Source: Paraphysomonas bandaiensis
Lineage: Eukaryota; Protista; Chrysophyceae
DNA length: 64,000 nucleotides
Assembly (NCBI GenBank): GCA_965644295.1
Contig: CBFFRP010000052.1
Location: forward strand, 21,721-85,720
Reading direction: 5' to 3'
A program made the translations under genes and the position numbers. A model generated the notes under the pieces. The model saw nothing but the letters and a program-made list of their open reading frames with translations. It had not been told where the DNA came from and did no database searches. Shown here in pieces: positions 24,404 through 38,900 of the stretch (positions are counted from its first letter, which is position 1; the number at the start of each line of letters is the position of its first letter).

Positions 24404-26853
24404 TTACTTAGTCTCATCTTCATCAACAGCTGGAACCATAGAATGATCTACATATTCATCTACTTTGATGTCGTTGTGGAAATCGATATCTGAAGTTTCC
24501 TTATCGCAATGAAAATCTGAGGTATTTCGTACCATAGATCCAAGCGGTTGCACGTCAACAGAGCTGTAATCTTCACCCTCGAGTCTCGAGTGCCCAGTAT
24601 CCGATCCACACTCATCATCTGAAGCATCACCACATTGAACAAGCTCTACCTCGGTGCACTTATCCTCTACAAATTCTGATAGCTTACAGTCTACGGTGCT
24701 CGTACTCTCAACTTTTTCTTTGGAACTAGTGTCCAGCCCATTATTTTCACCATTACGGCCACCACATTCTTGTAGAAGATAGCTTTGGTCAGTTCTCTCA
24801 TTTCCAGTTGCCTGACTTACTTCATCTTCAGGTTTCATATCCCCAGTAGTATGTGCGATGTTAGAATCACTTACCAGAGCGTCGACGCAATCCTGTTCTC
24901 CAGTTGAGTCATGTTTTGGTTCATCTCCATGCTTAAACTCTTTGTGCTTCGTGCAAACTTGGCTCTCTCCACACTGGGCCTCCTCGCTTTCACCAGCTAC
25001 AGACTCAACTTCAGCTACCGATTTCTTCTTATCGTCTCCAATCTTAGCGGCAACGATTTCCTTTGCTCCCTCGTGTTCATAGACACCATCACCACTACAA
25101 TCTAGTTCAAACTCTACAACGGGATTCGACTCATTGTCTAAGAGAGGCTCCTCCCTCATGTTGCATTCCGTGTCATCAACAAGAGATATATGATAGATGC
25201 AAGTTTTGGATCGAAAGTTGCTATACGAATTATCGAACACAAATATGAAGCTCCTCGTGACATTCTCGGCGCAGCATCCCTCAGAAACTCTCTCCTCACA
25301 CTGTGAAGACCAAATCAGCAGCGAACCAACACATCGTTTCGCTACGTATAATATGATGTTACCGATATTCTTTCCAGAGGTAGCAGGTCAGACTCTACTC
25401 CTCCACCTTCTCCTTGCTGCCTTAGCCTCACCGCAAACCCAATATCGTAGTCCTTCACCTGCACGCACAAAAGTTATATCTATTCTGGGAGTAATAGAAT
25501 CACTTGCTTTCACACCCTTGTCAAAGAACCCACCTGCATTCGCCATAATATTTCTTTACCCTTGGATACTACGAAAGGAATCTTCGAGCATGACCTTGCG
25601 GGAATAGTTATCTCAACTGAACCCGGCTGTGCCTTCAGCTCGTCATATGTAGCCTATTTGGTTACACGGAAAGTCAAACTACGTTAATATATATTGGCAA
25701 GTAGGCAAGGATTATATGAATGAACTGCTCTGTGATGCCATCCACCACATATACAATAAACTTATAGCTCAATGACATCCATCACATACACAATAAATTT
25801 ACAGCTCAATGTCCTTACCCGACGTAACGCTTCAGTATTGAGCCCTGTTTGTCTGTGCATTGCAGCTCTATTGATGAGAGCTGCGGCTGATGACGATGCT
25901 ACACTATACAAAGACATTCCATAGTCACTCAAAGACCTTGATTTTTCTTCTTTCTTAATTGAGTCTTTTTCTTTGGTTTTCGTATCCTCGTCAAAACTTG
26001 CGTTTGATTCGTCGTCGTGTGCGGGTGGGTCCGATGAGCGGGCAATTTGTTCGAGAGTTGAACGAGAACTACCACTTGCAAGTGACATTATGCCAATTTT
26101 TGCAGTATTAAAGAGTGAAACCAGTCCCCCAGATGTAACATGGATAGATTCATCTTTTGTAGTACCCGAAGCAGTTTTTGGTAAAGAGTTGTCAGTGTTG
26201 GACACGGCCGGTGAAAAGGTATCCCCTAGGAAACTGTCAGTAAATGCTCTAATGCGAGTTGAAGTATCTAAGGATGTGTTGATACCAAAGATAGTGTACA
26301 CAAGCATCCACGTTGTAAGCAGTTCACTGAAACAACTCAATGCTATATATAGCGGCAGTACAATTGTAACGACAGTGGAAACAAAAACTATACCTGTGGA
26401 TACCCCTTTAATGGTAGCTATAGGGCTCTTAGCAGGGGAAGGAGAAACTCCTTCTAGTGACCCTAACATATTTGTCCCAGAACTACCATCGGCTTCTCCT
26501 TCAAAATTCACGGCGTCTTCTGATGGAGCCCATTCGGACTCCCCTGTCCTGGAGTTATAGTAGTACGGGTAACCCTCAGGCGACGTGTATAGAGTCCATC
26601 CGTCACCACTATAGCTGCGGCTCTTGGACGAATAACTACTATACCACTCTTCAAACGGGATGCTAGGAACCGTGACCTCCCTCTTTGATTGCTGAATAAG
26701 ATCCTCCAGCTCGTTCTCCATGTCACCCAAGAACTGCTCCAGATCATGATCGTCGACTACAGACTCATGAATCTCTCCTTGATCATCGTTCGAACTTACA
26801 GAGTTGGTATCGGCAAGCTCATCTTCATATCCAGTTTTGAACTTTTCGCTCAT
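24404..26853 (-). CDS. WW domain + hydrophobic segment + GOLD-like domain + acidic tail protein (multi-exon)
   Basis: WW: GWTLYTSPEGYPYYYNSRTGESEWAP; spliced exons at about 25190-25650 give VEITIPARS...W...VKDYDIGFAV...FVFDNSYSNFRSKT (GOLD signature). Confidence 0.78.
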
Positions 26854-26936
26854 AGTTTCTATTGGTAAGTTATGATGGGCCTATAGATGACTCCTACGTT
26901 CATGCTTCGTACAGTACAAATGCCGTTGAGCACACC

Positions 26937-27515
26937 TACATACATACATACATACATACATACATACATACATACATACATACATACATACATACATACA
27001 TACATACATACATACATACATACATACATACATACATACATACATACATACATACATACATACATACATACATACATACATACATACATACATACATACA
27101 TACATACATACATACATACATACATACATACATACATACATACATACATACATACATACATACATACATACATACATACATACATACATACATACATACA
27201 TACATACATACATACATACATACATACATACATACATACATACATACATACATACATACATACATACATACATACATACATACATACATACATACATACA
27301 TACATACATACATACATACATACATACATACATACATACATACATACATACATACATACATACATACATACATACATACATACATACATACATACATACA
27401 TACATACATACATACATACATACATACATACATACATACATACATACATACATACATACATACATACATACATACATACATACATACATACATACATACA
27501 TACATACATACATAC
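26937..27515 (-). repeat. (TATG)n array on the minus strand ((CATA)n on +), about 580 bp
   Basis: Directly visible. Confidence 0.99.
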
Positions 27516-27662
27516 GTACCGGACCACCTACTGCATTTACCGCCGTAGGTCTACAAGTGGAGGGCTCGTCCACTTGGTCGAAAAAAGTCTCTCTGTATCT
27601 GCCTGCACTGCCTGTGTGTCCACTAGACGATCTGCTCGTATGCAAATCCAATCTATTAGATT

Positions 27663-28563
27663 ATGCTCTGCTTGTTGACGCGCTCCCTCCTCGTTCCTCG
27701 TCATGCGAGGTATCTCTCTGTCTCATCTAAGATAAAACTTGATCGTTTGGACCGCATATTGAGCAGCAGAGGAGCGGGCTCTCGCAGTGAAGTGTCGCGA
27801 CTGATCAATAAGGGGCGCGTTACTATTAACGGAGTTGTTGTTAAGAAAGCAGCACAGAAGTATGAGTCGAGTGTAACTGATGTCAGAGTCAACGGTGTTG
27901 AAGTTGTTCCGGTTCCTCTTCTTGTGGCTTATAATAAACCGGTCGGAGTTATCAGCAGCATCGGCGACCCGTCTGGACGATCAAACTTATCTGAAATTAA
28001 GAACATGTACAGCTACTTGAAGACTATGCACCCTGTGGTAAGGTGTATATTAATAAGTATGTTGTGATTAACGCTTTACAGGGGCGACTCGACCGCGACA
28101 CCTCTGGTCTTTTATTGTTTTCTAGGAGTGGAGAACTCACACACACGCTCCTTCAGCCCAAATATGCGGTGGAGCGAGAATATGAGGCTGTGGTTGAAGG
28201 GAATGTCACTTCTGTCTCTTCCCTTGCGGAGAAGCTGCAGTCAGGTTCATTGCACGACTTGTACCTGAGTTTAGGCTTATATTGTGGTGCACAGGTGTGG
28301 AAACCACAGATGGTGTATTCAGTGCCGACTTGACGGCGTGCGTTGCTGGGTCAGGTTCATCTCGTCTCCAGGTTGTAGTGAGGGAAGGGAAGCATCGCAT
28401 GGTCAGGAGGATGTTGCACAACGCTGGCCACAGTGTGATGGAGCTGAAAAGACTACGATATGGCTCAGTAACTCTGGGTGACCTTCCATCCGGGCACTGC
28501 CGGGGCCTTACTTGTGTAGAACTAGAATGGATTCTGAATTTGACGCAGCATCGACATATATAA
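27663..28563 (+). CDS. RsuA-family pseudouridine synthase with S4 domain, probably organelle-targeted; introns 28038-28081 and 28245-28294
   Basis: RLDRILSSRGAGSRSEV (S4); YNKPVGV; catalytic GRLDRDTSGLLLF; EGKHRMVRRM; Arg/Ser/Leu-rich N-terminal extension. Confidence 0.92.
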
Positions 28564-29147
28564 TTATTCATATGTAACTCATCTTATTGGTAATGCTGCA
28601 GATATTTTGTTGTACTTTATTAATCACATTTCTTTTACTGTACCTATTTTACGGCAACGGTATTCACTCGTTGTTATCTGCGGTGGACAGAAATAATTAA
28701 AATTTACGATGTAAACTCATATGCACCCACATATTCTTTAGCTACCCCCCTATATAATGTATATCATTCCAGATGTCGAACTCCCTGCATTTCACTCCTA
28801 TCACTTTGTGCCCGACTGCAGTTTACATGCAACAATGTCTGGAAATTAAATTGGTCAGCGGGTGCAGTACATGTAAAGTAGCCGTACTGAAAAATATCTT
28901 GTATAGTGAAATCCTTATCACAAAGTAACTTTTAGATGACTTAAGTATCACAGGTGTTGCTGATTCGAGGGCTTATCAGAAGATTTAAACTGTAATGCTC
29001 TGGCAAAGCTGCTTAGATATTAGATCCAGTCACAATGGAATTCAATGCACTGACGGCAAGCGGCAAGTATTTAGTATTTTCTGTATTATTTTATGTATCC
29101 ACAGTGATCATAAAGAAGTGTATCACGTATTAGCACAGTAATCACGT

Positions 29148-29231
29148 CCCTCAACAAAGTCGGACCCGCACCTTTTCGTGGTGTTCTGGGGGATAAGTAC
29201 CGGAGATATTTACTAACGCGAGCCGCATATA
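29148..29231 (+). mobile_element. 5' fragment (ribozyme-like module only) of the SINE-like family
   Basis: CCCTCAACAAAGTCGGACCCGCACCTTTTCGTGGTGTTCTGGGGGATAAGTACCGG...CTAACGCGAGCCGCATATA. Confidence 0.85.
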
Positions 29232-29930
29232 CACCAAAAAGGAAGGAAGTAGTTCAGATTCGGATGGGAATGCTGTATCTGACTACTGCATTAGTGAATT
29301 GTTCAATGTTCAAGTAGCCACTACAATTCAAAACTACAATACATATGTTATTTGGTTACCAATAAGAAAAACTCAACAATAATATATGGCTTGGCTAGGT
29401 CAGAATGCTACGATTTACGAAGTAAAAATTTGAATCGTAAGGCCCAGAAATTTTGGCGCACGTATCGTCTGCAATGTTGATGTATTGTCCACAACCTACC
29501 GGAAAAACTGGAAAAGAGAAGAAATCAAGTCTACATGATGGTACACATATAGTAATCCAATGGAAAGGAAATTTATGTTTGTTCACCTGATATCTAGCTT
29601 TAACATTGTAGATATACAAAGTTGAGTTGTAAGGGAATAACAACGTCAATAAAGAAATACTTCAGTTACAGTTATCATGTTCACCGCACAAATGATATGT
29701 ACCAAATACCACTAATAATATTAATATAACTTCCACGCCAGCGATTATGCAGCTATTCCTTCGCCAAGTTAATGGCACAAGAAAACGGTTACCTATCGTC
29801 TCTAAAACAAATGACAACACTTAAACAAAACTTTCAATTTAGATATATAATGAAACAGCACATCTTGCACCCAATCATAAACGTGTAAAAACTGGGTATA
29901 CAAGCTATGCTGATCCCGCTACAATTGTAC

Positions 29931-32900
29931 TCAAATAAAAAATAACTTCTCCCGAAGTTTAACGCCAGAGTTATCACCAGATGTATTGCCTCCTCGGGGT
30001 GACTGCACAGGATGGTCTGCTTCCGTAGAGGATGTTTCACGGAAAGGGTCTGTGTTTCTATCATCCGCAGTACCGCCGGTGTAACCGGATCCTCTGTAAT
30101 CTAGGCTAATATGTCGACCAGAATCAACCCCCGCGAGATCGATACCGTCCATGGAGTCAGAATCCTCAGTGACCCTGGTGAACCCGGACTCCGACCTCAA
30201 GTAGCTACTTCTGCTTCTTTCGTGATCGTATTCAGTTTGACTTTCAGTGGCATAGTAATCAGCGTCCTGGAATGACCGTGAGTAGAGGTTGCTACTATCG
30301 TCAGGAGAATCGTGGAATTCCTTCTTCGGAACGTTTTGACCAAGCGCATCTTGACTCTCACTCCTGATATTCAACGAGATTGCCCCCTCATCGAGGTCTT
30401 CAGTACACTCATCCTCGTCATAGTTCTCTTCTTCTTCTGCAATGGGTATAGCAATACCTTCTGGATCCACCGCTGACTGCGGTAGGGCTGCCGCTGACCG
30501 CTTGACATAAACCGGCTTCGGAATACTGTCACTAGGAGACGTCGTGCTCTTCGACTGACTTGACTCACAGTCACTGGGATACATCAGAGCACCTGGCATC
30601 GTAATTCCAGATACCACACTTCCCCCGTCGTCAAATGAGAGCTCCATCCCGACCAAGGCACCATCACCACTCTCACTACTTTCGCGTGGGTCATTGATAG
30701 CGGACTTTTTTATCTGACGCCTATCAAGGATATCGCTGCAACAGGTATGCAACCATCGCGAGAAGTTGTCGAAGTCAACCCTATGTTCAGCGCGGCCAAG
30801 TTGGCGTTGCATCTGTCTCTCATTGTCCGCGAAATCTTCTAAGGGGGCAAGTGCCCTATCAACTTCACCCCTACTCAATGGACCGCCAGCGACGGATACG
30901 AAGCCAGATGCCAATACCTCGTCAGCTAATTCCACAATATCATTCACAGACACAGTTGGCACAATCCCAGATTGCATTCCGTCTAAATCAACACGGCGGG
31001 CTGCGTAGGCGTTAAAAAGTTTGCGTAATCCTGCATAGTCGATACTGATTGAGCTTGATCTGAGACGACTAAACATTTCGACTGCCCGACTTATACCTTT
31101 AGAGGCAGGAGATGATTTTCTTTGCGAAGTTGGACTACTTCTTGTGGAAGTGGGAGATGGAAGAGTGATAACCTGTCGACCCTGTGCGTCAACTTTCTTT
31201 TCTCTATTCGACGACAAGTCATCAAAACTTTCAGTTTCCACGGTTCCACTGGACATAATCCGCATAATCCTCGGACTGGATGTGGGTGTGCTTGGCTCCT
31301 GATAGTTCCTGAAGCTATCTGCAGGTCTCAAGCGGCGGAGTACAGAGGGCGACCACGCACTGGCATTCTTCTCGGATCGACTGGGCACAACCGGGAATAC
31401 ATCGTCGAAATCGTCCTCTTCCTCTTCCTCTTCTTGCACGACACCCAGCTGGGTACCTTTTCGATAGGCAACACTACCGTCTCCTTTGTTACTGCTTGAA
31501 TCGGATGTGATAGTTCGGGCCTCCTGCAGCTGCATAAGTCGTCTACTACGACTGCTGCTTCCACTCGATGACGAGTGATAAATTCTGAAGAATATCGATT
31601 TATCTGATACGGTTTCGGAGTCTCGAGACGAACTGGCACGATTTGAAGAGGTGGAAGACGTCACAGTTCTTTTCCACTTACAGCAATACCACTGCAACAA
31701 TGTAATAATCTCTTGCCACCAGCGTGTTACAGGAGACTCTTTCCACTTTGCCAAAGAAGTTGTCGATGATATAACTCCAATGGGTGCCCTTACATTCACA
31801 TCTACACTTTGCGAGAAAGAACCAATGCGGGACACCTGTGATGTCACAGTAACTGCAGAATGGATATTTCCAGATCCTTCCTTCTCGAGGGGCTTACACC
31901 AATCTTCTTCTTCTTCTTGCTCGTCATCTACCACGTCCCCTTTATCTTGATCGTCAATTGTCGAAAATGAGTTCCAGTTGTGATTAGTAAGGCTAAACTC
32001 ACTAGAATAGCACCAATTAATTTTATGCCACGTTTCCTTGACATAGGCATCATCAGCAAGTGGATAACCGAAAGTACTGTTAAAGCGAAATTTAATATAT
32101 CGCCATAATGAATGGAGATCAGTTACTTTAGGTTCAGTTGGAGGTAATATAACATTCGATTCCAACGTATTTGCTTCCACGGTCTCCTCTACCCTGGCTA
32201 TGGAGGCCCTCCACGCACCAGTCCCATCCTCGTACACAGCCGCCTCCTCGCGAGCACTGTTTCTCTCATGTTGAATGACACAGTAAATCTTCCAGAGGAT
32301 ATAGATGGCAAGGAGTAGATATAAACCAGAGAGTAGGTACGGAGATACTTGCAAAAGGAAATAGTTCGCAAGTAAAAAGCAGCACCAGGCAACTGGCAAC
32401 ATAAGATCGAGAACAGTCTGCTGAACAACATCGTATGCACCATACAGAAGGCTCGGTATAAAGAGTATTACATAGGCAATGACTCCGATGCTTGTTTTTT
32501 GACGCATTTCACGGCATCGCTGTACATCGCGATCCTCAAGTAGACTGAGAATGCCCGAGGCCATGAGGTACGACAGTGACTTCAGACGTGCCGCCCGACA
32601 TGCCGGTGATAGGTGCTGCGAAAGTATATTAAGGAATATGCAAATACAAGACAAAACTACCTGAACTACCCGCATATGACGATGCGGTTTGTACCCAGTG
32701 AGAAGCTTGAGGTGGTACGTCGAACAAAGAACTGTGTAGATCTGTCTAAGTTGATAGCGAATCTTATCCGTGACGTGCACATGCAGAAGATATATTTGGG
32801 CAAATGAGTTGACAACAACATCAACGAGCACAATGGTGCACAGTACCAAGGCCCAACTTGTGACGGGCACATTCCCAGATGTTAAAGTCCAGTTCAATAT

Positions 32901-35900
32901 CCAATAGCCCATAAAACCCCACAAACCAAAAACACATGCCCACGCAAAAAACCAATGCCAGAATGGAATCCTTCCTGGTGATGCATGGTCCAAATTGAAC
33001 ATATCTTTTTTCACCGCAAACCTGGTTATAGGGGACAACTGTTCCATCACAAAATTCTGCAACAAGATCTGGTCTTTATAATCCGTCTGTCCGGCTGCGA
33101 ATTCTTTAGTTGACGTCTCTTTGTATTTGATCCAAGCTGCACGATTCCTCATCTTCTCGATTTTCCACATCATGTGGCGATAGGGAGTGCCGAATAAAAG
33201 GATCTCCCTGAATGTTAACGGAGTTGGCGAACCATCAGGAAGTATTCCAAAGCTATTCATCACAGCAAGCATACGGTTGTATTCCTTAAGCTTCCTGGCG
33301 TCAGAGTCTGCACCGATTTCAGCAGCTGTACTCAAATCAAACGAATCCATAGTTTTATAGAAGTCTCGCATTGTTTTCACCGTACTAGAGCGCCATGGTA
33401 GTGGCATCACCTTCAATGCATTCTGGAAGTGTTCTTTGGTGGAAGCAATGATCACACTGAGCTCTTCGTCGGGAGTGATTGAATCACAATAGGCAAACCG
33501 ATACGGTCTGGCTTGCTCCGGCCACAGATGCTTTTGAGATTCTAAAACTCTCCCCCCAATATCACTGGACTCAACTGACACATTTGAGTACGATAAGGCT
33601 CCGACATTGCTATCTGTGGTATCATCATAGTCAAAAGTCATCAGACTCTCTTTCGTTAATACAACATCATTACTGCTACCACCGGCGGCGGTTACTCCTT
33701 TCGCCACAACTGCTTTTTCGGAAACATCACCATAACCATAGATGTCGCGGTTAGAATTTGACGCAGCAGTTTCCCAATCTTCAGGAAGTGTGCCTAGCAC
33801 AGCTTTATTGCTCAGGCCAATATCGTGCAAGTTTGGCCGTTTGGCGCACAGCTTTTCTAAGAGAAACTGAATTATTCGCCGCGGGATTATCGTGAAAACA
33901 ATAATCAAAATCGCAATGACGACCACGAATTTCATCGACACTGGAGGGGGACGTAGTACGCATTCATCATCGTCCCATTTACACAGAGTATTTCCAAGCT
34001 CGTACTGCGACTGCCGTGAGAGACAACTGCGCTCAGTTGTACTGGTCTGGCATACATTATTATCTGGGTAGTAGATGCCGTAGAAAACGGTGTCTGCGAA
34101 AATAACACACAGCAAGTCGCTACAAGCCGTTAAAAATCGTATCACGCGAGTATGCTGCATAGAAGGGTAGGTGAATATTCTGATCCAGACGTGATGTCTC
34201 TTCAGGGCCCTCCAAAATCGAGTTAAGAATGGCGGTCGTGATAGCAACGAAGTTGCAGGAAATCTGTTAAAGCTACTCTCTTGCATTAACTCCCTCTCTT
34301 GTGCAGCTTTTACATGGGGATCGATAATGACTTCTTGCGATTGTTGTTCCATAACCGGTTTATGAGATACGAATCCAGGTTCTTGTTGATACACTCTCTT
34401 CTGTGCCAGAACTTTGAGTTCATCGGAAGAACTACCCGTGAAATTACCACTAGAATGCGAACTCATAGCATTTGACGCACCAAGCTTCCTCGATGCCTCC
34501 ATGCTTACCAAAGATACGGAGTCGTTGACACTGTGGGTGTCTCCGTAACTTGTAGAACTCGATCTTTCAGTTGCCTTTTCTATATAATGCCCGGAAGATG
34601 CTTTATTAGCCACATCATTAACTCTGGATGTATAAGATCCGGAGTTAACAGAATCAAAAGTTCGCGAGCTATAAGAATTTCGGGAGTCATACGTTCTTGT
34701 GTCATCATAGGTCCGTGTTTCACCATACGTTCTAGAGCCATCAAAAGTCCTTGTTTCACCATATGTTGATTCATCGTACAATGATCGAGAATTGTACGAC
34801 CGAGACCCTCGAGAATCTTGTATCCTGGAATCCCCGTATGACCGTGTGTCACCATACGTACGCGTATCACCAAAACTTCTGGAATCATCGTACGTGAAGC
34901 TATCAGTCTGACCATAGGATCTTGAATCATCAAATGATCTGGACGACATGCTGGTGCCTCGCGGTTCATGTAGTGCACTCCTAGTGTTCAGTACTGTCGA
35001 ATATGAGGTATTGTGCAGATTTGACGTCCGTGGAAGTGACTCGTCCTCAGATTCAAATACTGTATGTAAAGGCGTGCTAACAGTGTTTTCAGTACCAACG
35101 TTGCCACTTCCGTAACCACTATCCATATGAAAATCATCGGATACAACAATATCATCAGGCTTATATTTTCCCACTCCATCAGCTGGAGATTCAATAACTT
35201 TGTCCGACGTAAACTCATCTGCTGATAGCATGGTATAATTTGATGATCGTTGAGGAAACCCGGTTGAATCTCGACTTTCGTCTTCAAATTCACCGCTGTC
35301 AGCATACCACAAGAACGGGTTCGCCATTGCAAATATGCTGCTACTTGATTTACGCTTAACCTTTCCATCCTCACTTGCCCTCATGTGGTAATAATCCGTG
35401 TCATCCCCATCTTCAGCATCGAAATTCCACTCCAGTGTTGCACCGCGATGGTAGGCAATTCTGGAATTTGGCTCAGTAGCTGCACTAGCAACCAGTTTAG
35501 CACCACTGTATCCCACACCGCGTTCATCAAAGGCGGCACTTAAGTTAAATTTAAACTTTCCTCGCCTAATACGTTCACTGCGATTGTAAACGAATACCTT
35601 CCTGTCCGCTTCATCCCAAGCCCTCAATAACAAAAAACCCATCAACATGAAAAACAAAAATGCTGCAGCAAACGAAATGGTTCCTGTAGTTGCTCTATCA
35701 GCTAGAACCGCAGACTTCACCAGAGCTGCGTCGTCATCAACATCTAGTCCAGTATAGAACGTCTGGGTAGTGCCTTGCAAACGTCGAGTAGTAAGTCCGT
35801 TCCTAAAATAAAATTCTGCGCTAGGGAAATTGGTGTCTTCTGAAGGCGGATAGAGAACCCTGATTCCCGCAGTTGACGCATCTAGAGGTGCCTTAGGACA

Positions 35901-38900
35901 CAGAGAGTCTAGTACGTTGTCACACCTAATCGTCATATTCGATGGTTCTGAATGCGATATTGAGCAAGAGTCACACTTCCCGAATGCCCCAGAAGGATAC
36001 TCATACTGATAGCACGTCCCACTCCCTCCGCCCCAATCCTTTTCTTCAAGAAGCTGGAGGTGAATGTCAAATGGAACAGGCCCGTCGTCATCCTCGACGA
36101 ATCGCAGTGAAGATGACGTTGCTGTCGTGAACACAGTGAACAGAGGCGTAATTACCGTATCTAATTGGCGAACTCCAAAATAGGGGCTGAATCCCCACTG
36201 TATAGCTGTCAACAAAGCATAATCATCAAAATAGCCACATCGATCAATAGAACCATCAAATGACATTTGACTAGGAGGAATATTGTAAAAGAGCTCTTCC
36301 TCTGTAGACGAGGATGATACCACAGAACCATCTAAGTTGCTGAGATAGTCGTACCGGAAACTCAGTCGAAGGTTCGGGGTAGCTATATTCACAGAATACT
36401 GTCCGGGAATCATATCCATCTGCTCCATATCGACAAAAACACCCAAGGTATACGATAGTTCATCAGTGATACTAGCATAATAAGGTGACACCACTGAGTC
36501 GGATATAATTCTGATGTAGGAAGTTTTCGAATAGCTTTGTGCGTTCGATACCACAGACACGTCAACGTCTAATATATCAGCGATTGCGGAAAAGGTCTGA
36601 GCGCATCGCTTTAAAGTTCCTGCTGTCACAACATTGTATGGGTCAGTAAGAGTATCCATCACATCCAATAAAAAGTCCATATGTCTGGAATCTGGGAGAA
36701 TACTAGAGGAATAGTTGACTAAGCCCAAGCACAAGTCATATCGAACTGTGTCCATTGTCTCAAGATACGAATAATCTAAATTGCAGTCCTTGCCACCGAA
36801 TCCCGACCTGCACTTGCATCTAGGAATACAGAATGTGTTTGACACACCACAGTCCGAAACACTCAGGGATATGCCCCTGTAGTCTGTAAACGTACACGAA
36901 CCTCGTCCAGAAGCGACGGAGCACTCCGAACCGTCAATCTCACCCAAGGGGCACCTTTTAATTGGCTCCATGCAAAAACCACCACTACATACACCGTAGA
37001 CACACTCTTCATTTCTGCCGCATGGCTCCCCCACGCCCAACACACTGCTGTCTGTGTTTATACAAAGAGCATTGTAGTCACCAAATACCCCGGTATAGCC
37101 CTCTAGGCAAGGACCGCAGGTATGAGCAGAAGAAAAACATTCATTGCGGTTAAATGCGGAACAATTAGGAGCCAGCGAGCAGTTCACAAGAGCTTCGCCA
37201 GCTACAACGGACGTTGCATGTATGAGGTAATCACCTGCATCAGCTACTTGACCCAAGCTAACGGCCAACAAAAAAGATGTACTAGCGGTTGACACTGACT
37301 GTATCGGGTCGTCATTAATCGAATTACCATGCAGAGTCACTCCAGTATATGAGGTGGCTATCGAACCAGTAGAATCCATCACGTGCACGATGCACGTGAC
37401 TTCCACATCGTTTGAATCGCTTCGACGGCGAACTTTACCCATGGTTGAGAAAAAAAGGGGCTCAAATTCCATCAACCGAATATACTCCACAGGTTCATTA
37501 CTGTCATAATTTACCGCTTCCTGGTATGAGAATTCATACTGGAGAGGAAAGTCATCAGCATCGTCCGTCCACCCGCCGGCCTGAAATAGAAATAGCGTTT
37601 TCTCCTCGATTCCATAATCGGGGGAAACTGAAAGCGATCCCCCTGTTGGTGGCATGTTACACTTGATGGATACTTCAACAAAGCTCGACATGGATCCGGA
37701 GCTCGCAGTAAGGCGAAAAGTGTAACGCATTCCACCGAGCAAAACATTCCCGTATATACCTAACGGAAATTTGACGCCTGTATTATCGGATGAATGTTCT
37801 GAAAGCAGCTGTCTAGAGGAAGGAGCAATAATAGCGTCTCCCACGTCAGACATATCCACACTGAAACCTGTTATACCACGAATATAATCCCACGACGCAG
37901 AGACATATTCAGCGCTTGTAGATGATATCGTAGCAAATATCTTCGTTTTATGATTAGCCACAGAGGAACCATCCACCCCAGTATTTTGACAAGCGCCATT
38001 TTCAATAAAAACACTCCTTTGACTTTGAGCAGGGATTAACGAGTTATTGGTAGCGAATATTCGAACAGACGATGTCCCAACCGATGCGATTCCGTAAGAC
38101 AAATCTGATTCTGTCAACACAAAATCATACACGCCTCCACTCGTCATTAAGCCCCCAGGAAGAGTGAGAGTAGCAAATTGCGTCGATATATCTTCGACTC
38201 CCCACAGAGAAAAACAATCCATCCCAAAATCTTCCACAGATAAAACAATACAGTCCCAGTTATACTTTCGTGAACTGTCTTCCGCAGGTGTAGCGGCTTG
38301 AGGGTGACCAGCGGTTAACACAAGTGAATCCGACATATTGAAAGACTTCGCTGTTGCACCATCGGAAATCAATGGAAATACTGTTCCAATACGACCGTAC
38401 ACAACTACACCACCGGATGCCATCAGCGATGCTCCATTTAAAAGGTGGACCTTGAGGTTACATTCCACACGATAAGCAGCACCGATACCAAATACACTCT
38501 CGGATACAATGAACTTAGCTGGATCAGGTGATGTTGATAAAATATTCGCAACAGCATCGTCCAAATACACAACCCACGAGTACTCAACCGTACTGATGTT
38601 GGCGTCATACTTATCTGAATAACCGCAAGATAGTATGTCAAAACTTGTGCTGACCATGATATCGTGGTTCTTTCTATTCTTCGTGTACAGATTATGCGGG
38701 TTGTTTATCCTGAACGCCAATGTTTCAGACTCAGCTACAATCTCCACTTGTGAACATTTACTGACCAGAGACGAATTGTACACTTGCATGAAATTTTTCA
38801 GGCCCAAACATATCGTATAAACCGCAGGATGAAGCAAAGCAGATGGAATGTTAGCTAGAAGTCCAGTGGAGCTATTTCTAAGTGTGGCTTCTATTGCTCT

